Assembly (NCBI RefSeq): GCF_964355755.1
Contig: NC_092678.1
Location: 20,787,365 to 20,851,364 of the forward strand
Length of the DNA stretch: 64,000 bases
Direction: 5' to 3'
From: Antedon mediterranea
Taxonomy: Eukaryota > Animalia > Echinodermata
Below are positions 1-16,400 of the stretch, piece by piece. Position numbers and translations under genes: made by a program. Position 1 is the first letter of the stretch; each line of letters starts with the position of its first letter. Under the pieces are notes generated by a model that worked only from the letters and a program-made list of their open reading frames with translations, was not told the origin of the DNA and made no database searches.

Positions 1-464
1 TTAAAAAATGGTATATTTGAGAAATCCCTTTGAATATTTTTGGTTTAATTAAGGGAAAGTCCCTAAACTTCTATCTAAAAGAATTATTTTTGAAACTATT
101 AATTTGTGTAAGTTTGTAAAAATGTAATATATTTATTTGAAGACTGCAGGTTTTATCTTGTGAATTACATTAAATTAAATGAGGAATAATTTAAAGAAAT
201 ACTTAATTACACTATAACCACTGCCTAATAAAAAGTAAAATTTTGATTGAAAGATTATGGTTTTCCTAATATTATCCTTGCTTTACAATAATTATTAAGA
301 AATTATAGTTACCGTAGGAATCGGTAGAGGGTACTGCTGAAGTGAGAAAATTCAGTGAAGTGGGAAAATCCAGATAGGTGGGAATTTCCAGAGAGGTGGG
401 AATTCTACTAATGTATGTAGTGGGTCATTTGAACCAATGCAACAATAACATTTGGTTAAATTAG

Positions 465-690
465 AGTATAACCCCTCCGTCAGAACACCCTATTAAAGGA
501 GCACTTTCCGGTGAAAGGAATAAGGCAATATATGTTTTAACACAATGGCCAACCTCTATTTAGGGACCACATTCCTGTGAACGAGTTGCTATATGTTTTA
601 AAACTATGGCCAGTCCTTATTTAGGTATCAGTACCCCTATTGAAGGTACACTTTGATCCTGAAAGTGTCCCTATAATAGAGGTTCTACTG
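465..690. mobile_element. Degenerate Tc1/pogo(Tigger)-like MITE family member
   Basis: Ends agtataacccct...agaggttctactg with internal ccctatt..gggaca repeats. Related pieces at ~2035-2250, 15015-15125, 47610-47850, 56076-56221 and 60580-60702. Confidence 0.5.
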
Positions 691-1489
691 GTTTTTTTTC
701 TGTGATTAAGCTGACTTGGTTTATCTAATCGTTGATTCATATAAACCATTCACGACAATCCATGCATTGTTATAAATTCCTTTGTTATGTATAGCTGATA
801 TTCACACACTCATACTTTGTACAAAGATATCTGAGCATTTTAGTTAATGTTTAATTCAATATCATTAGTTATATTCAAAAATAAATTATTCTTTGTATTT
901 TTTAATATTCTAATAATTTCTAAAGCAGTTTCCATAGAGATCAAAGCACTAGGTATAATTCATTTATTATTTGTGGAAAATGTGTACATTTCACTATTAA
1001 ATAAATAGGGTATCCTAGGCCCTATAATCTAACATTTTTTATGGACCCAAAGTCATCAGCGTCTATATTGATGTTTAAAATAATATTTGTTTTTTAATTT
1101 AATATTATTCAAATTATTTTTGCCTTTTTTTAAATGTATGTTTACCATAGAAAGATCTTTTTATGAGAATTTTATTTTATAGTTTGTAAACAGAAATATA
1201 AACACTTTTTATGTAAACAGCTATTTTAAACATTTTATTACTCTTCAGCAAATATAAATAATATTCTGTTGGACGGAAGAATATAGTACAAAATAATAAT
1301 CCTATACATATTATTTTTTTATTTTAGACGGCATTATATACTTAACATGATTACTATATAAATATATTTTGGTAATCAAACTTCTATAAGGAGGTTTGGT
1401 GTTTTTTTTATCTTGTATGCAAATAAAACTGATGAAATAAGCATTATAAAAAGGGGCCATTTGATGTGTTAAAAGTTAAATATAAAACT

Positions 1490-4400
1490 TTACAAGGATT
1501 CATTTGCCAGAACTGGCTTCCACATATTGGTGCTGCCATGAGAGAATCCTTCAGGCCCCTCGAATGTATCAAGTGTTGGTTTATACTCTGTAAGAGCTGC
1601 CAAACTTAATGGCTCCCATGGCTCGCTGACTCTTCCTTTAGCAAGTCTTAATGACGGTGCAGTCAAAGATCGTCTTTTTTGTTTCTCTTTCGGTGGCCTT
1701 TTCTCTGTAGTGGATTTTTCACGCAGCATAGACCTCCGTTTACTTAGCAGTATTATCTCATTTTCTTCTGGATTTTCTGGTGGATTATTTTGTTTGGAAG
1801 CCCAGAATTGGCCATCACAAGTAGCGTCAGCTTCAGTTAAGAATGATAGTTTTGCGGTTTTCTTTGAGGTGAGGTGTTTACTATTAGTTCTTCCTGGTGT
1901 AGGTTCTCTGCTATCATGCAGTTCATCTTCTGCTGGAGTGACCTCCTTGTTTGTTAACCACTTGTGGTAAGCAGGCACATCAACAGCATCTTCCTAGAAC
2001 AAAGAACACATACCATATATTTATATTGTGATTGGAGCTATTCCTATTCAGAGGATCAAGTCTTGAAGGTGTCCCCTTCTGTGTAACAGTTGAGTTATCT
2101 AACTTACATCATTGTAAATTACATTAAAATAAAACCCCTCCTTTAGGACAACATCCCTATTAATGGGACACTATCCTGAAATGAATAGAGGAAAATATAT
2201 TTAACACTACAGCCAACACCTATTCAGGGGACAACCAGATGTAGTGTCTATAGACACGGCGACCGAGAGGTCAAAGGTTGTTGAGGACATAAAGTGTGTG
2301 TGCGGTTTTGTTGTGCTGCGAGCACAAAGTATCGATAATAAATGCACCGTTGTTTGTGTTAAATAGAGTTAACCCGTCTCGTGTTATTACTACATTGTTA
2401 TGACGACTAAGAAAGTAAGTGTATAGGAACTTACAGAGGTAACTAACTTTACACCATACATTAAAGGGAAACTTCCCTATGAAACAAATAAGAGACAATG
2501 TATATTTTAACACTACGGCCAACAACTAGTCAAGGACTGAGTCCAGAGGGGATAATAAGGATACTAATGTACTAGATCAACTGGTGCACCATACAATATA
2601 TTTTGTGCGGTTCATACCTCATTGGCAATCCATGAAGGGTAGTAACGCATTGGGCCTTCCTCCCCATTGCGATCAGAAAAATCAGGCAGAGGGTTGTTAT
2701 ACGTCAAAATAGCGGTTTTATCTTGGTTGTTGTGAGCTGACCGATACATTAATTCTACATTGTGTCGTAGTTCACGAACTTTATCTCGGTAGCTGCCGTC
2801 TTGTAACTTTTCGGTTTCTGGAACCTAAAAAAGAGACAATTACAGTATTTAGAGATTAGAGACTGTACGGTACAGACATGTTGTTTGTTTAATCCCTTCC
2901 AGTCTCTGAAGCTTAATATTGTATTTTATCTCTCTACGTAATACTATAAGGATATTTAGGTGAATCATATCATTTGATGTATATTGGCTCATATCTAAAT
3001 TGTATTCATTCTGCAGACAGAATTCTATCGGTCCCTAACTAAATATCTCTTACCCCATTTCCACTATAGAAGCTTCGTTGAGCAACCATTTCGTTTTTTG
3101 TTAAGCATTCTCTGACAAATGCGCCATAGGCATCCTTCAATTCATCTGGTATCTGTGAATCGGCTTTCTGTAACTTTCTGCTTGTGTTATCTCTCAATAT
3201 CTTCCACAACATTGTTGCACCAGCACGTCCTACATAAAAACAAAACAAGTTTTATACAATAATAATAAATATCTTCTCTATATCAACCACTAATGACCAC
3301 TCTCAACCAGTTGATTCTCAGTACTGTATTGCCAACATGGCATTCAGGGAATAATTTCGCCAGTGTAGCATAGCAAAAAGCTATACAAAACAACAATATT
3401 GTTACACATTTCTAAAATTGTGTAGCAAAAAATACAATACAAAACTATTTTTCTTGACTCAAAAATCAGTTTGATTAGCAATTTTGCTAAACAAAATTAC
3501 AAAATTTTTCCCTGGGCATTATATGGCCAGTTTATAGTTTACAGCGTCACATGTGTATCACACATGGTGCCTTTTTAACCTTAAAAAAATTGTAATAATA
3601 CTGTACCTCCTTTTCTCCTTACAGCTGGTGGAATATTGGTCTGTTTTTTCTTCTCTGGTTCAATTCTTGGACGTAGAAAGTAATTTGCTTGACGCTTCCC
3701 AAACATCTTCTGAAGCTCGTACTCATGATCTTCCTTCTCTTCAAAATCTTCGTCGTCATCTTCATCCTCCTCCTTAATGGTGCCTTCATCAACATCCATG
3801 TGATGGTGATCTTGATGCTTTGTGTCCATTTTCATATGTTCTTGACTTTCAGATTTTGAAAGGTATTGGCCAGAACGTCTCCTTGGATAAGTTATTGCAG
3901 AAGAAGATTGATTAGGTATTTCTTGCTTGGGCTGCTCAACCGACTGTTTCTGTTTTTCGTTAGCTGTGAGGAGATGTATTGTATTAGTACAGTGAATGTG
4001 GGAATGATCTGGACACAGACGCACACTGGTTTATTTTTTAATAAGATTCTTTTCGTATAGTTTGTTGCATGTGCAACTACCTCATGTACTGTAGTTGTAG
4101 TTGTGTGCATTCAATCAGAGGTTTTGTTGGTGTATAGATGCTAATTACCAAAGGCAAGGTGTAGATCATAGGTTGACTCAAAGTGGGATCATGGGAATTA
4201 CCATTGTCTGATAGGGGTGTTAAATGAATTTATAATTATGTATTTAAGTTGTAGTGCTCTTCTCAAATGTCGGTTTATCTAGGTAAGCTAGCCACAAAAT
4301 GGAACAGCTAGTAGGCCTGGTTCTATATTGATTTACATACACACATTCTTACCTAAAGACTGGTTGCCCGTATCCATAAGGTTCTGTTGTTTCATAGCTT

Positions 4401-7400
4401 TTTCTTTTTTTATAGCTTCTCTCAACTGAAAAAAAAAGTTGTAATATAATAATTTAAATAAAGCTAAAATGTATGCAACATAACGCTTATTTACATCTCA
4501 ACATGTTTGTATTGCACTAACTATAAATTTGCCTTCTATATATTAATTTCAATAATCAGTTTTGTGAAAATGGTTCTGTTCTGAGTATTCATGTTTTACT
4601 GAATTAATTTAAAAAAGATATTTAATTGCATAATAAATAAAAACTAAAATGATTTATGAGAATGCAATTGGGTACATCAAAATAAATGTAATTTTTATAT
4701 ATATATATTTTTTTCCGATCATGCAATGTTATATTAAAATGTCTAACAGAACAAATAAAAAGTGTGGTGAAATTGCATAAAATGATATTATATATTATAA
4801 TATATTCTACTACCGACTTAATATTTACACTCTCTCATATTGATCAATACTGAAGACTACTTCCTAGTAATTACATATTGTAGAATTTATATTGTGCAGC
4901 AGAGATATTACTTTTAATATCTTTAACATATAAGATATGGATTGTTTAATAATATTACAGTCAGCGAATGCAGGATTTTGAAATGGGGGAAGGGGAAGGG
5001 AAATACAGGGCCTAACAACTGTAGTGTTGAATTTAAATATTTTATCTTTAAGATGTATTTGTTGAAATTTAGGATGTCCAGGGCTAACCCTCTGGGGGGG
5101 AGGGGGTATGGGCACGGCGAGAAAATAGAAGGTATTATTAAGGATCATGGAGGGGATAGCAGATTTGGGATATAAAATAAAAATCTGTGATCTTAAATTC
5201 CATACATAGATAGTAGCGCCTACAGTGTATTCAATACTCTCGAGATTGAAATACATGGGTTTTTTATATGGTAAAATATGTATGGTTTTTTGTCTATCTT
5301 ATAAATGTAAGGACAGTTAAATGTAAAGGGGTGAGAGAAACCTTGAATTCAGTATTTAAAACACATTAATATTTTACTTTTGAAAAAAAATTATTTAATA
5401 ATTGGGTCTACTAATGAGGAAGTTGGTTTTTCTGTGGTTTGTATTATTTTCACAATGGATGCTCAAAAACCACAAGAAAGAAAAGCTATTGTAAAATACA
5501 TATAAAATGACAACAATTGTGGCTTGCTTGGATCAATAAAGTACAGTATACTTTTTTGATTTCCACATTGTCTGGTTATACTGTATTCATTTCATATAAA
5601 TATTCAAAAACAATTATAGTATCATTACATGTGATTCACAATTCCAACACAAGAAAATATCATGATCTCCACCAGAGCTACCACAGTTGGTGGTGGTGTT
5701 CAAAAATCACCACCAACTTTTACAGTATTAAAAAAACACCAGAGATCCCTACCACAGTTGGTGGTGTTCAAAGATCACCACCAGCTGTGGAGATATTAAC
5801 ACCAGAGATCAGCACATTATGTATACAAAGTGTTTAAAGGTTATATTTAACATCACCATATCATTTTCTGCCTTTTGGCTTTTTTTTTATAGGTTATGCA
5901 GTATAATTAACCCAGATCGTGCCAAGAATAAAACATTCAATAACCAGGTTTTCAATTTAAATATTTTATAAAAAATATGAAATGTGCTATCTGATTCCAA
6001 CTAGTCTTTAGCTCTGTCTACACTATCAAACTAGTTTGACAAAAAAAAGCCAAATATGGTAGTGATAAGGACTATAAACCGTAGGCCCGGTTTGTGGCAC
6101 AATGCTATATGTAAAAATTCAAAGAACCTTGTACATCTTTTGAGATAAGTGGGGGGTTGCCTCGGTGTACTAGTACATCACAGCCATTGATCTGGGAGAC
6201 CAGTTGCTAACTGAAGAGGTCGCCCAGGATAATAAATAATAATAAAATAAATAATAATATGCTCAAATATAGTAGTGATATGACAGCATCATGTCCATAA
6301 TTATATGAACATTACAATTTGTTGTCACTTAAAGTTTGATAGTGCAGACAGAGGTATTCATAATCAATGTATTAAATGCTGCTATGAGAATATAACAATA
6401 GGCCTGGGGGTTGTAAACCGTCTTGAACATTTTCCATTCACAATTTGCTTTCATATTCACTTAATCCAATAATCCATGCTAACCACAATCGCCCTCATAG
6501 GTGGTTGCCAGGTTAATTTGTTCATGCAATTTTAGGTATTCACAAAGCGAAAGTGCAACCATTTTGAAATTGTTGGACAAAATTCATTTCATTGTTGTAC
6601 ACAATACTAAGTTTTCCGTTTCTCATGGTTTTTATGCACCAACAGCATTAATAAAAATTGTATACTATTCTAAATTATAACACATTCTTGTCATTTCATT
6701 CTTTTTATCACATGCCATGTATTATTTTCTCCCATCCTCACAATTGGGGGATGGTTACTGGTATACTATGAGCTATTTGTAACAAAGTGAATGAATGCAT
6801 TATATTTTTCTGGCCGATCGTCATTTTTTTAACTCATGAAAATATTCTCCCCATTCAACTTTCAAAGTCCCACCCCATCTTGGAAAACAGACAATGTATG
6901 GAATGGGTTTTAGGTTAGTTATTATCAATTTCGTTGTATAGTCTCTATACTTATACTGATTTCATATGGTGCTAGAGACTTTCTTTTAATCTATGAACCA
7001 ATTGAAAACAGTTGAAGTACACAAAACTCATAAATTATTTTATTTCTCAGAGCTGCATGAACATGCTCTACTTTGAGGATAAAACACTTTTGTATCTGTT
7101 ATTTTCGTGGATAGTTTTCTGTCTTTCCAGTTCATATTTAGTTGTTGGTATCCAGAGCTGAATGCGTGCTCTTCTTCGAAGATAAACAAAATAGTTTATT
7201 TCTGCCATCTCTGCTTCTGCTGCTGCCTAGTTGTTGATATCCAGACAATGCACTGATTTTACATGGTGCTAGAAACCAGAAAACAGTCTAACCACCACAT
7301 GAAACCAGTGGACTGCTTGAACATGACCTATCCTATGTCAAACAGACACTTTGTCAGTGACAAGAGTTCAGTCAGATACAAAAAGAAATGCTACAGCTTT

Positions 7401-10400
7401 CTACTATCTTGTGAACTATGGTGGTTCAGGGTTTAAAGTCTGCTGTAGGCAGTTTACAGTAGGTCTGACAGTCATTTATGTTTAGGGCCGGCAAGCAGAC
7501 ATACTGTACTTAGGCTAACCATGGTTAGGATGAAGAAGGTTGAAGACCAGGTCAGGTTATACTGCTAAGATACTTTTACTTTAACCTAATAATGATGGAT
7601 TTGATCACATGACTGAATGTTTCACAGATCGACCAATCGGTTCACTCTCTACCCACCTGTATCTTTCTCTGTTCATCTTCATCCAGGAGCTGTTGGTGTA
7701 GCCGGTCATTTGCTTCAATAAGCTCGTGTTGCAGTAACACTTTCTTCTGCAGTAACCGATGCTCCTGGTTTCGTTGCTGGTTCTTGAATTCCTGCCATTG
7801 TCTGTATTTCTCTGCATGCTTCTGTTAAAAGAAATAAGAAAATAACTTTATCCAATCAGAATTAAGCATACCATAAAAGCGTTAATTCATAGTCTAATGC
7901 TATATCACGCAAAATAGAATTTTTTTTCTTTCAGATTTTGTTGATAAATGTTCCCATTTTTATTTTCCAGACTATTGTTTCTTTTATTGGCTTGTTTCAG
8001 CATTTGTTCCTTTCTGTTATAATATCAATTAATTACATACACAGTACAAAAGAAAGTACAATCTATACATTTACTGAAAATAATCATTAGTAGTAATTAT
8101 TTATGAATATGCATTCTATATATAGAATGGAATACTATTGATATAGCAATGCAGTCAATACACCTACAAAGAATTAAATAAAAAAACATCAGGTTTTATT
8201 TGAATAAAGAATTATACATAGTAACCTATATTGCTATATATAATATATTGCAATACAATTAATACTATTTATAGAAGTCACATTTGTCACAAACCTGCTA
8301 TAACCTAATTTTTATGGACGCAGTGAAATTCAATAATACTAATTATACAGTACACATTTCTACATATTGAATATCACAAACTAGTGTTTATCATTAACGC
8401 AGCAGCGCGGCTAGGCTAGCTGGATATGAAGGTACGACCCAATAAATTATGATAGAAATATATACTATGGCACGCTCTGTAATCTATGTATTTAGACGAT
8501 AGGTAATTATGTAATTACAGTGATAGTAGGCTTTGGTATTTAACGATTCATTTGCAGACGTCAAAACTGATTTACCATAATTATAATTGATCAGTGAAAA
8601 GCTATAGATTTATAAAAATTAATCCCACCCACCAATTTGTTAGTTATTTTCATTATGGAAATTATATATTTGGTGGGTACAGTACATATCAATGTACAGT
8701 ATTATATATTTGCGGTAGTCGCGATACTTTACCACAAGGCACAAGTCCTATGTGACAGATCCAAGTGGCCATACAGTACTGTGAGTACTAATGTGAGACA
8801 TTTCCCTTCAATACAAATATTTCACTCCCATACAGAATAATAGTAATATAGTAGCAAATATACTTTATGGCATCTATAATTTCAACCCTATTTTTTATTA
8901 ATTTAGTAATACAGATTATATAATAAAATGTGGACATATTTCAATAACAATTTTGGGGAAGTCACTAATTTTTAATCGTTCACTTCCTGTCTCTTTAAGC
9001 AATAAATTTAGCAGAACATATATTTTACAACGGTGAGATGATTTGTGAGGATAGCCTTTATGTCCAAGCTATTTTAATATAGCGATAATACACTATTAAC
9101 CGTTATTTATTCTCATTTAAGTGCGCTGTTCTTGTTGCGAAAGATTCAATATCAAGGTTATGATCAGTTCACAATTCGCAACCATTCATAACTTTTCTCC
9201 ATGTTTAACTTGAGAAATTTATGAATAATAGAGTAGGTTTATAAATATATAATGGCATTATACATGAACATTTCACCGAATCATTATGATCATTATAGGT
9301 TAAAACCACTCTACATAATAAGTTTATCTGCCAAGAAATGGAAACAGGTTTTAAATTTAAATGCATTACAGTACAAGTGATTGGATAGCATTCTTAAATG
9401 GAGATTTGAACCATCACCGTTGGTTAAGTATTTAATATTTCCCATGACCATAGCAAGAAGTTCAAAACAGAGAAAGCAAGAAGTTCAAAACAGAGAAGGC
9501 AAGACGTTTCAAATATAATTTTTAATACATACTAATACAAACTGTTCCAGTGGATAAGGGGAGAGGGGGTAGGACTTGCAACTGCCTAATGCTGGATGCT
9601 GTGGGTCCAGTACTGGCTTTATTTTGGCAACACATTAAAATGTATTTAAAATACAGCCTATAACCCAATATATAAAGTGATTAAAATAGATAAAAGTTGT
9701 ACTTCAAATAAAAGTGGTATTCAAATTTTTTTTCTACTATTACTGTAAAAAATCGACTCGCGGTATATAATAAAAATAAAGACAGAAATTCAACATATAA
9801 ACTCCACCCTTAAATCTAACATTATATTTTACCATTCAGATAAGATAATTGCCAAACAATGTAGAATGTAGAATTGATAGTAATTCATAAGCGCGGCGAT
9901 GCTTGTGGTAGTTGTTCGGCTTGGCGTCACTATTCAATCAATACATCTGTAACGTAGTAGGCTACAAAATATTGACCTGCTCCGACAAACAATAGCTGAA
10001 TATGCATACAACCCCTCATGCATCTAACGCGCATACAAAATCAACCATAAATATCGTATTCTATCAAGCTACTACCGATTGTGTTGGCCTAATTTAAATA
10101 TGAGATTTTAATATTTAATTTTAGGGCATTGATCACAGCAGCCTATACAATGGCCTTGCTCTAATCAATACCAATTTTATTTCATTCAATGGCACGGTAG
10201 ATGGGATAACTATTCAGTAAGCATGCAGTACAAAAGCTCTATTCATGCAATTCTATGCTTAACAAATTTGAACATCGTCATTATGTAGATTTCGATTTTA
10301 AATACACAGAAAATGCCATACAAGTATTTCATAATTACCTAATGAATATAAACTACTAAACAATCATAAACAAAGTAAAATATGTTGGTAATTTTATACT

Positions 10401-13400
10401 ACATTTTAGCTTTAAAAATCCTTTCATTATTAACTATTAAATTTAACTACTGAATTTACTATTACGCATTTAAACATGGAGACTAAAATTAACTCAGTGC
10501 CATACCAACACAAATTGAGTGTTGCAATAGTCTTTAGGGGGAACAATCTCCTGTGCAGGGCAAGGCCTCTGTCCAAGCCTTACCAATCATAGGCCCTAAC
10601 TAATTTCTTGTATTTTAAATGTGTTTAATTAATAATAAAAAAAAGAATTTTAAACCTCAAGACCAGGTTTTGGAAAGATACAAGCCTAAAGTCTAAAATC
10701 CAATTCAAACCAATTCTCTTTCTCTTAATAGGCGTGACAAATAGCTACACAACCCAGAATAGTTATATTTTTATCCTAAATATGCTGGTGTGTGGACCTA
10801 TATCTTCATTTCTACACAACAAGATAAACGAGTCATACAACGATAACTTAAAATGTCTGTACATCAAGCAATTAACCTTCCCATGATTCCTCACATTCAT
10901 CTACATAATTACATTAACAAGTCTAGCATACAGTGCTACCTAGTAATAAATTGAAACATTATGTAAATAGTTAATACCAACCTTTGACGAAACTACTAAT
11001 TATTTAAAACAATATTAAAAACTCTGCCCGACCACTGAGTGGAACACTTCAAAGTTTACATATTTTTCACTTCAAAAAGTTTTTAAGTGTGGAACTATAA
11101 AGCTTAAGTGTACAATTAAATTTTAAACTTGCATTTAGATATTGTGTGTAAAGTCAGACTAGACTATCCTATGACTAGGCTTATGATTTTAATGTTTTAT
11201 CAAGTCCAAAGTGCAAAGATAGCCTACCACAGTGATCAGTGAACTTTTTGTAAAAGGTCAATGAAGTTAATTCATAAAAGGCTGTGATCCAATCTTTATA
11301 CTACAAAAATAACTGACAAATCAAATGTAGATATTTAGTCACACTTAATTTGGCTTCATGATGTTTAAAAAAGTTTAAACTTCCATATACAGTAAAAATT
11401 ATGTAAATATTACTAATTACTACATTAACCAGACTCAGATAATGAACTAGTAGAAGATATTGTGAAAAGATATTTAGATAAAGATGTTTGCCGCCAAAAT
11501 TTAATTTGAAAAATATTATATAGTATAGTATATATAAAAATAGTATGAGGTCTATGAAACTGTCAGTAAGTCATAAAGTTACTGTATATACTGTATATAA
11601 TGTATGTATATATTTATAATTTGACAATGATGAGAGCTGTAGTATAACATAGAGGCAAACTAACTGTAGTTTGGAGCCGAAAAATGTTGTAAATGCACAA
11701 GTATATGATGGGGTAAAAATCATCAATACGGTATATAATATATATCAAAAATTTGATTGACAATAATGAGAGCTAAGTACAGATAAGATATTTATAGAAT
11801 ATAAATTATAATAATAAGAAAATATATTTTGTCATCTTGTGATTGTAAACGTACAGTTGTATTAAACAAAATCTTCTAGTCTTTACAGACACACTCTACA
11901 ACTAATAATCCACAATTATTATTACTGTGAATTACTGTGAACACAAAAGATCAATACCAATCTACTGAGAACCTAATGAATAGTATTATTTTATGAATAT
12001 ATTTCCATTTCCATAAAAATTATTTAAATTTCAATATAGCTATTAAAATCTCAACATATGAATCATGTATTAATGTATGATATTATTTGATGGTATTTAA
12101 CTAAATACTTGGCCTAAAAAAAGAATATGCCATCAGCCTATGGGTTGAGATATATTCTTGTTTATGCGTAATGCCCTATTCAATGTGGAACAGTGAGAGA
12201 ACATATTTCTGTAAGTGTTAACAGGGATAAACCTTGGTGGAATACGACAACCACATTGCAAGCTCGCATTACAGTATTACTTGTTTTTAAATAAGGTACG
12301 AAAATTGCAAAGACAAGGGCGTATATTCCGCTATAAAATAACCCCTAAATGCATGTTGTAAAATGTTCCATCATATCACATTCTACAGTAGGTTATTAAT
12401 AGGGAGCCAAGATAGAGAACCAACCTAGGTCAGGTCAATTGATGTGTCGTCGTTCATCATCTGAGGAGCGAGGAAACAAGTCCAAATAATTCGCATACAC
12501 ACAATGAACTAATAACATGACATAGTGTGGTCGTCTGCCTTTGCAAAAATCAAAAGCTCTCTACTTGAGATAAAGATGGTCACAATTCACCCAAAATTTT
12601 GAGAAAATTGAATTGCTTTTTTTACCAAATGTAGTAAAGATATATTAAAGATAGAAATCAAAGAAAATGCTACTATGTTTTGACATGATGTACTGTATCA
12701 TGCGTAAAAGTTTCAATCTATTTTGCTCTTTCAAAGCATTTGGTCACAAACTTTTTTAGAAGTCATATATTATGATTCTAATACTCTTACAAATAAATTA
12801 AAATAAATTACAGTACACTTCTCATCAACTAAAATGTAAGAGACATCAAAATTGGTTTCTATGTACCTAATTATTAACGCATTCGTTGCATAGCAACTAA
12901 GGATTCCTATAAGTTAATACAACAAAAAGAAAATAATTGAAATTAAAGGTTTCATATAGACATATTTTTTTTATTCAAACGTTTTATTACAAGACATCGG
13001 CATAACATCTAAAAGGAAATCTCCTACCTGTATCTAAGTGAATACCACTTTTGGAAATCCTTATATTTATTGACTTCAATTAAATTAAGGGAAATATCTC
13101 ACCTACTGTAAGTCTAGTGAATACAGACTAGGAGTCCCTACCCGTACCCATTTTTTAATCTGCTCAATATTATACACACTCTAGTTATATACAGTACTTA
13201 CATACTTACATTTTGATGAACAAATTGATAAGCTTTGCTGAAAATTGCTATTCCTAGTTGTTAACACTACAGCATAGTAAATACAACTGAAGACCAAAAG
13301 GTGTAAAAATTCAATTGATTTTTTCCTATAGCCACTCCCAGAGAGATGCTTCAGCGGACCTGAATGGCCACAATACAAGTGTTAAATTCAAAACCCAGTG

Positions 13401-16400
13401 TGAATCACACAGTATTGTTTAGAGTACACAAAACATCTATAGGCCTTCCACAATACAAAGCTACCACGGCTTTACAACTGAGAGTCGTCAGTAAATAAAA
13501 TACATTAAAAGTATGAATACAAGTTGGTGATAAAGGAAGCCCCATTGAACGATACAAGCTTGTTGGCTGGATCAATAAACGGGTTTTCAAAGTCACGCCC
13601 ATTGTAGTACAAGAATAGACTTTATTTTATGGTTAATTTCATAGCATTGCTAAGTAAAATCAACATCCTTAGTTTAACATAATGAGAAAATTATGAACAC
13701 GATAATCAATAAACAAGAACGCATTTCTATTTCCTACAACAAAAGACTTTTTTAAAAAAATAATTTACAATTTTAGGAAAAGAAAATTATATATATCTTC
13801 CATAAATTAGCACTTAATTCTTATTTAATATTAAGTAATTTGTGAGTGTAATTATTCACTGAGATCTTAATTGGAAAAAAAAATTCAAACAAAATTGTAT
13901 TGTGTAAATATATAGGACCATATATTAACATTTAATTTAATCTCTTTTTTTTAAATTTTAGTGGAGTGTGATTATTTACTATCTCAATAGAAAATAATTG
14001 CGAATAAAATTAATTTTAAATTACACATTAAATATTTAATTAGACTATTAAAGTACCAATCATAATTATTTATTCATTATAGATTTTACATAATTATTAG
14101 TATAATTATCTCTCTATCATTTAAACAGTTTATTATATATGAAACAAAAAACTTACACAAATCTGAAGGTCAATATAGTACAAATGCATACTTTTAGATC
14201 CTGTTTTGGGGACAACTTTTTATCAAGCTGACATAGAACAGGAAATATCACTTGAGGGAGTGGTTCACGGATGATACCATTATCCGATAGGGGTGTCCTC
14301 AACATGTATCTATTGTCGTTGTTGTAGGTGGGCTAGGCATGATATATTTGTTTTTGTTTTTTTTAATTATACATATAAAACATGACTTTTCTCGGTAGAA
14401 CTGTGTACTTTAAATCAAGCTTGCATTTTTGTGTCATTAATAGTAAAGAAATATAAAGGAATACAAAGCAATCTGGGCAAAAACAGCTGCGTTTTTACCT
14501 TACGTACTCCGGGTATTCGTTAAATAATTCCAATAGTAATTATATTAAGAGGTCACCAGCATACTACTACTACTGTACTATGAGAGTATAACGTGGCAAA
14601 GGCATTCGAAATCTTGTTTTCTTAAAAAATCAATGTTCTGAACACTTTGCAATCTGGCTGCTTGATTCAACTATGCTATTAGTATTATTTTGCCGCTTTC
14701 GTTTTATAATTTCAATTTAGCTGTCAAAAGGGAAGAGCGAGTGCGTGCCCCTATCGCCCACTGGATCCGCCCCCTGTTCTTAATATTCTGATATCTTTCT
14801 CATCCACGATATATTTTTTAATACAGTAATTTAAAGGCTAATCTACAATCATCAAACTCGACAACAAGCTTATGATCTACTTGACCTAAATATAGAAAAT
14901 GTCCATTTAATTTTGAACTTACTGTAGTTAAATGAAAAATTTTTTTGTAACATTGATATTATTTTTTCAGTATTTTGCCTTTGGATTGATATTATTATTC
15001 AAATAATTACAAACAACTCCTAATCATGGGACATAAGGTATTAAATGGAAATTTGATTGGGTATCAAAGATGAACAACTCCTAATTATGGGACAAGCCTA
15101 TTAAAGGAGAACTTTGTTGGGTGCCGAAGATGTAGAAAGTGTGTTATTGATATAATATCATTTTTACAGTAATTATTTAATAATTTTTTTACAAATACTA
15201 TTTAATAAGTGTTGATGACAATAAAAATTTAAAAAATATTCCATGTTTTTGGAAACGTCAGTAAAACCTGTCACATAACCTGTGTGAGTTTTCTCACAGC
15301 ACCAGGTTGTGGTTCTAACCATCCTTTTTACAATCTTTCCGCCTGAACGACTCTTTTCAAATATCTGTACACAGCTTGTTGCGCCAATAAAAACATACAT
15401 TTCACAAACACAATACAACCAAGATGGCCGACACAATTGGGCATATAATACGGCATATCATGAAGGATTGACAAACAACAACCTGTGTATAACTCCAATT
15501 CATTAACACAATTTTCTAAAACCTATAAAGCCATGACAATCTTCTTGCCGGTTATATAGTCTATTATAATCTCTATCAAATTATTATCTAGTTATATCTA
15601 TAATGTACATTTTTAAAGTAATATTTTAGCACTCATTAAATTATTATATTTTTTGAAAAAATGTTATTGAAAAAAAACCTACCAGGAATGTCTTTGCAAA
15701 TATCAAATCAAAATGAAAACTAAAACAAAAATCTTGAACCGTCTCCAAAAGATGAACAAATGTTGTTATAGTACGCAATAAACATCTGTATATAGGTAGC
15801 TTAAGCTTATTTACTCAATGTAATTTGCTGGTAAAGTTAAGCTTCTTGTAGTTGGCTAGCCCGATACGCCCTCACTGAAAGAGGATGTGCAAAGTAATGC
15901 AGCGTTTCTAAAACGGTACAATATGTAGCATTGCAGATGAATAGAACAAGTCATATGGAAAATACTAATACACCACCAGCAAAGCTTTCACTCCAGCGAG
16001 TTCCTCTTGCTTCGGAGAATCTATTCAGAGTTGCTCAACCAATGAAATCTTGCTTTATTAAAAAAAAGCCAGAAGGATCTATCAGTAGACATTCCTCATA
16101 AAAACCCATGGAGTATGTAAAAACCATAAGCCTATACCGTACTACCAAGGCATACTGTGAGCTGAAGGTTTCCAAGTGGTTTAGTACAAGCATGCAAAAT
16201 ATTGTGCAAAATAAGGTAGTTTAAGTCATTACACTTCAAAACTTGAGTATAAGTCCATTTCCAACTTTATCCATAAAGGGACATTTAAAAAAAAAATGTT
16301 TTCATTCATTTATAACACAAAACAAAATCATAGAAACTGATTTGTTTTCCTTCAAAGCCGTTGATGATCTAGAATTTGAAGACCGCATTTCTTACTTGCA

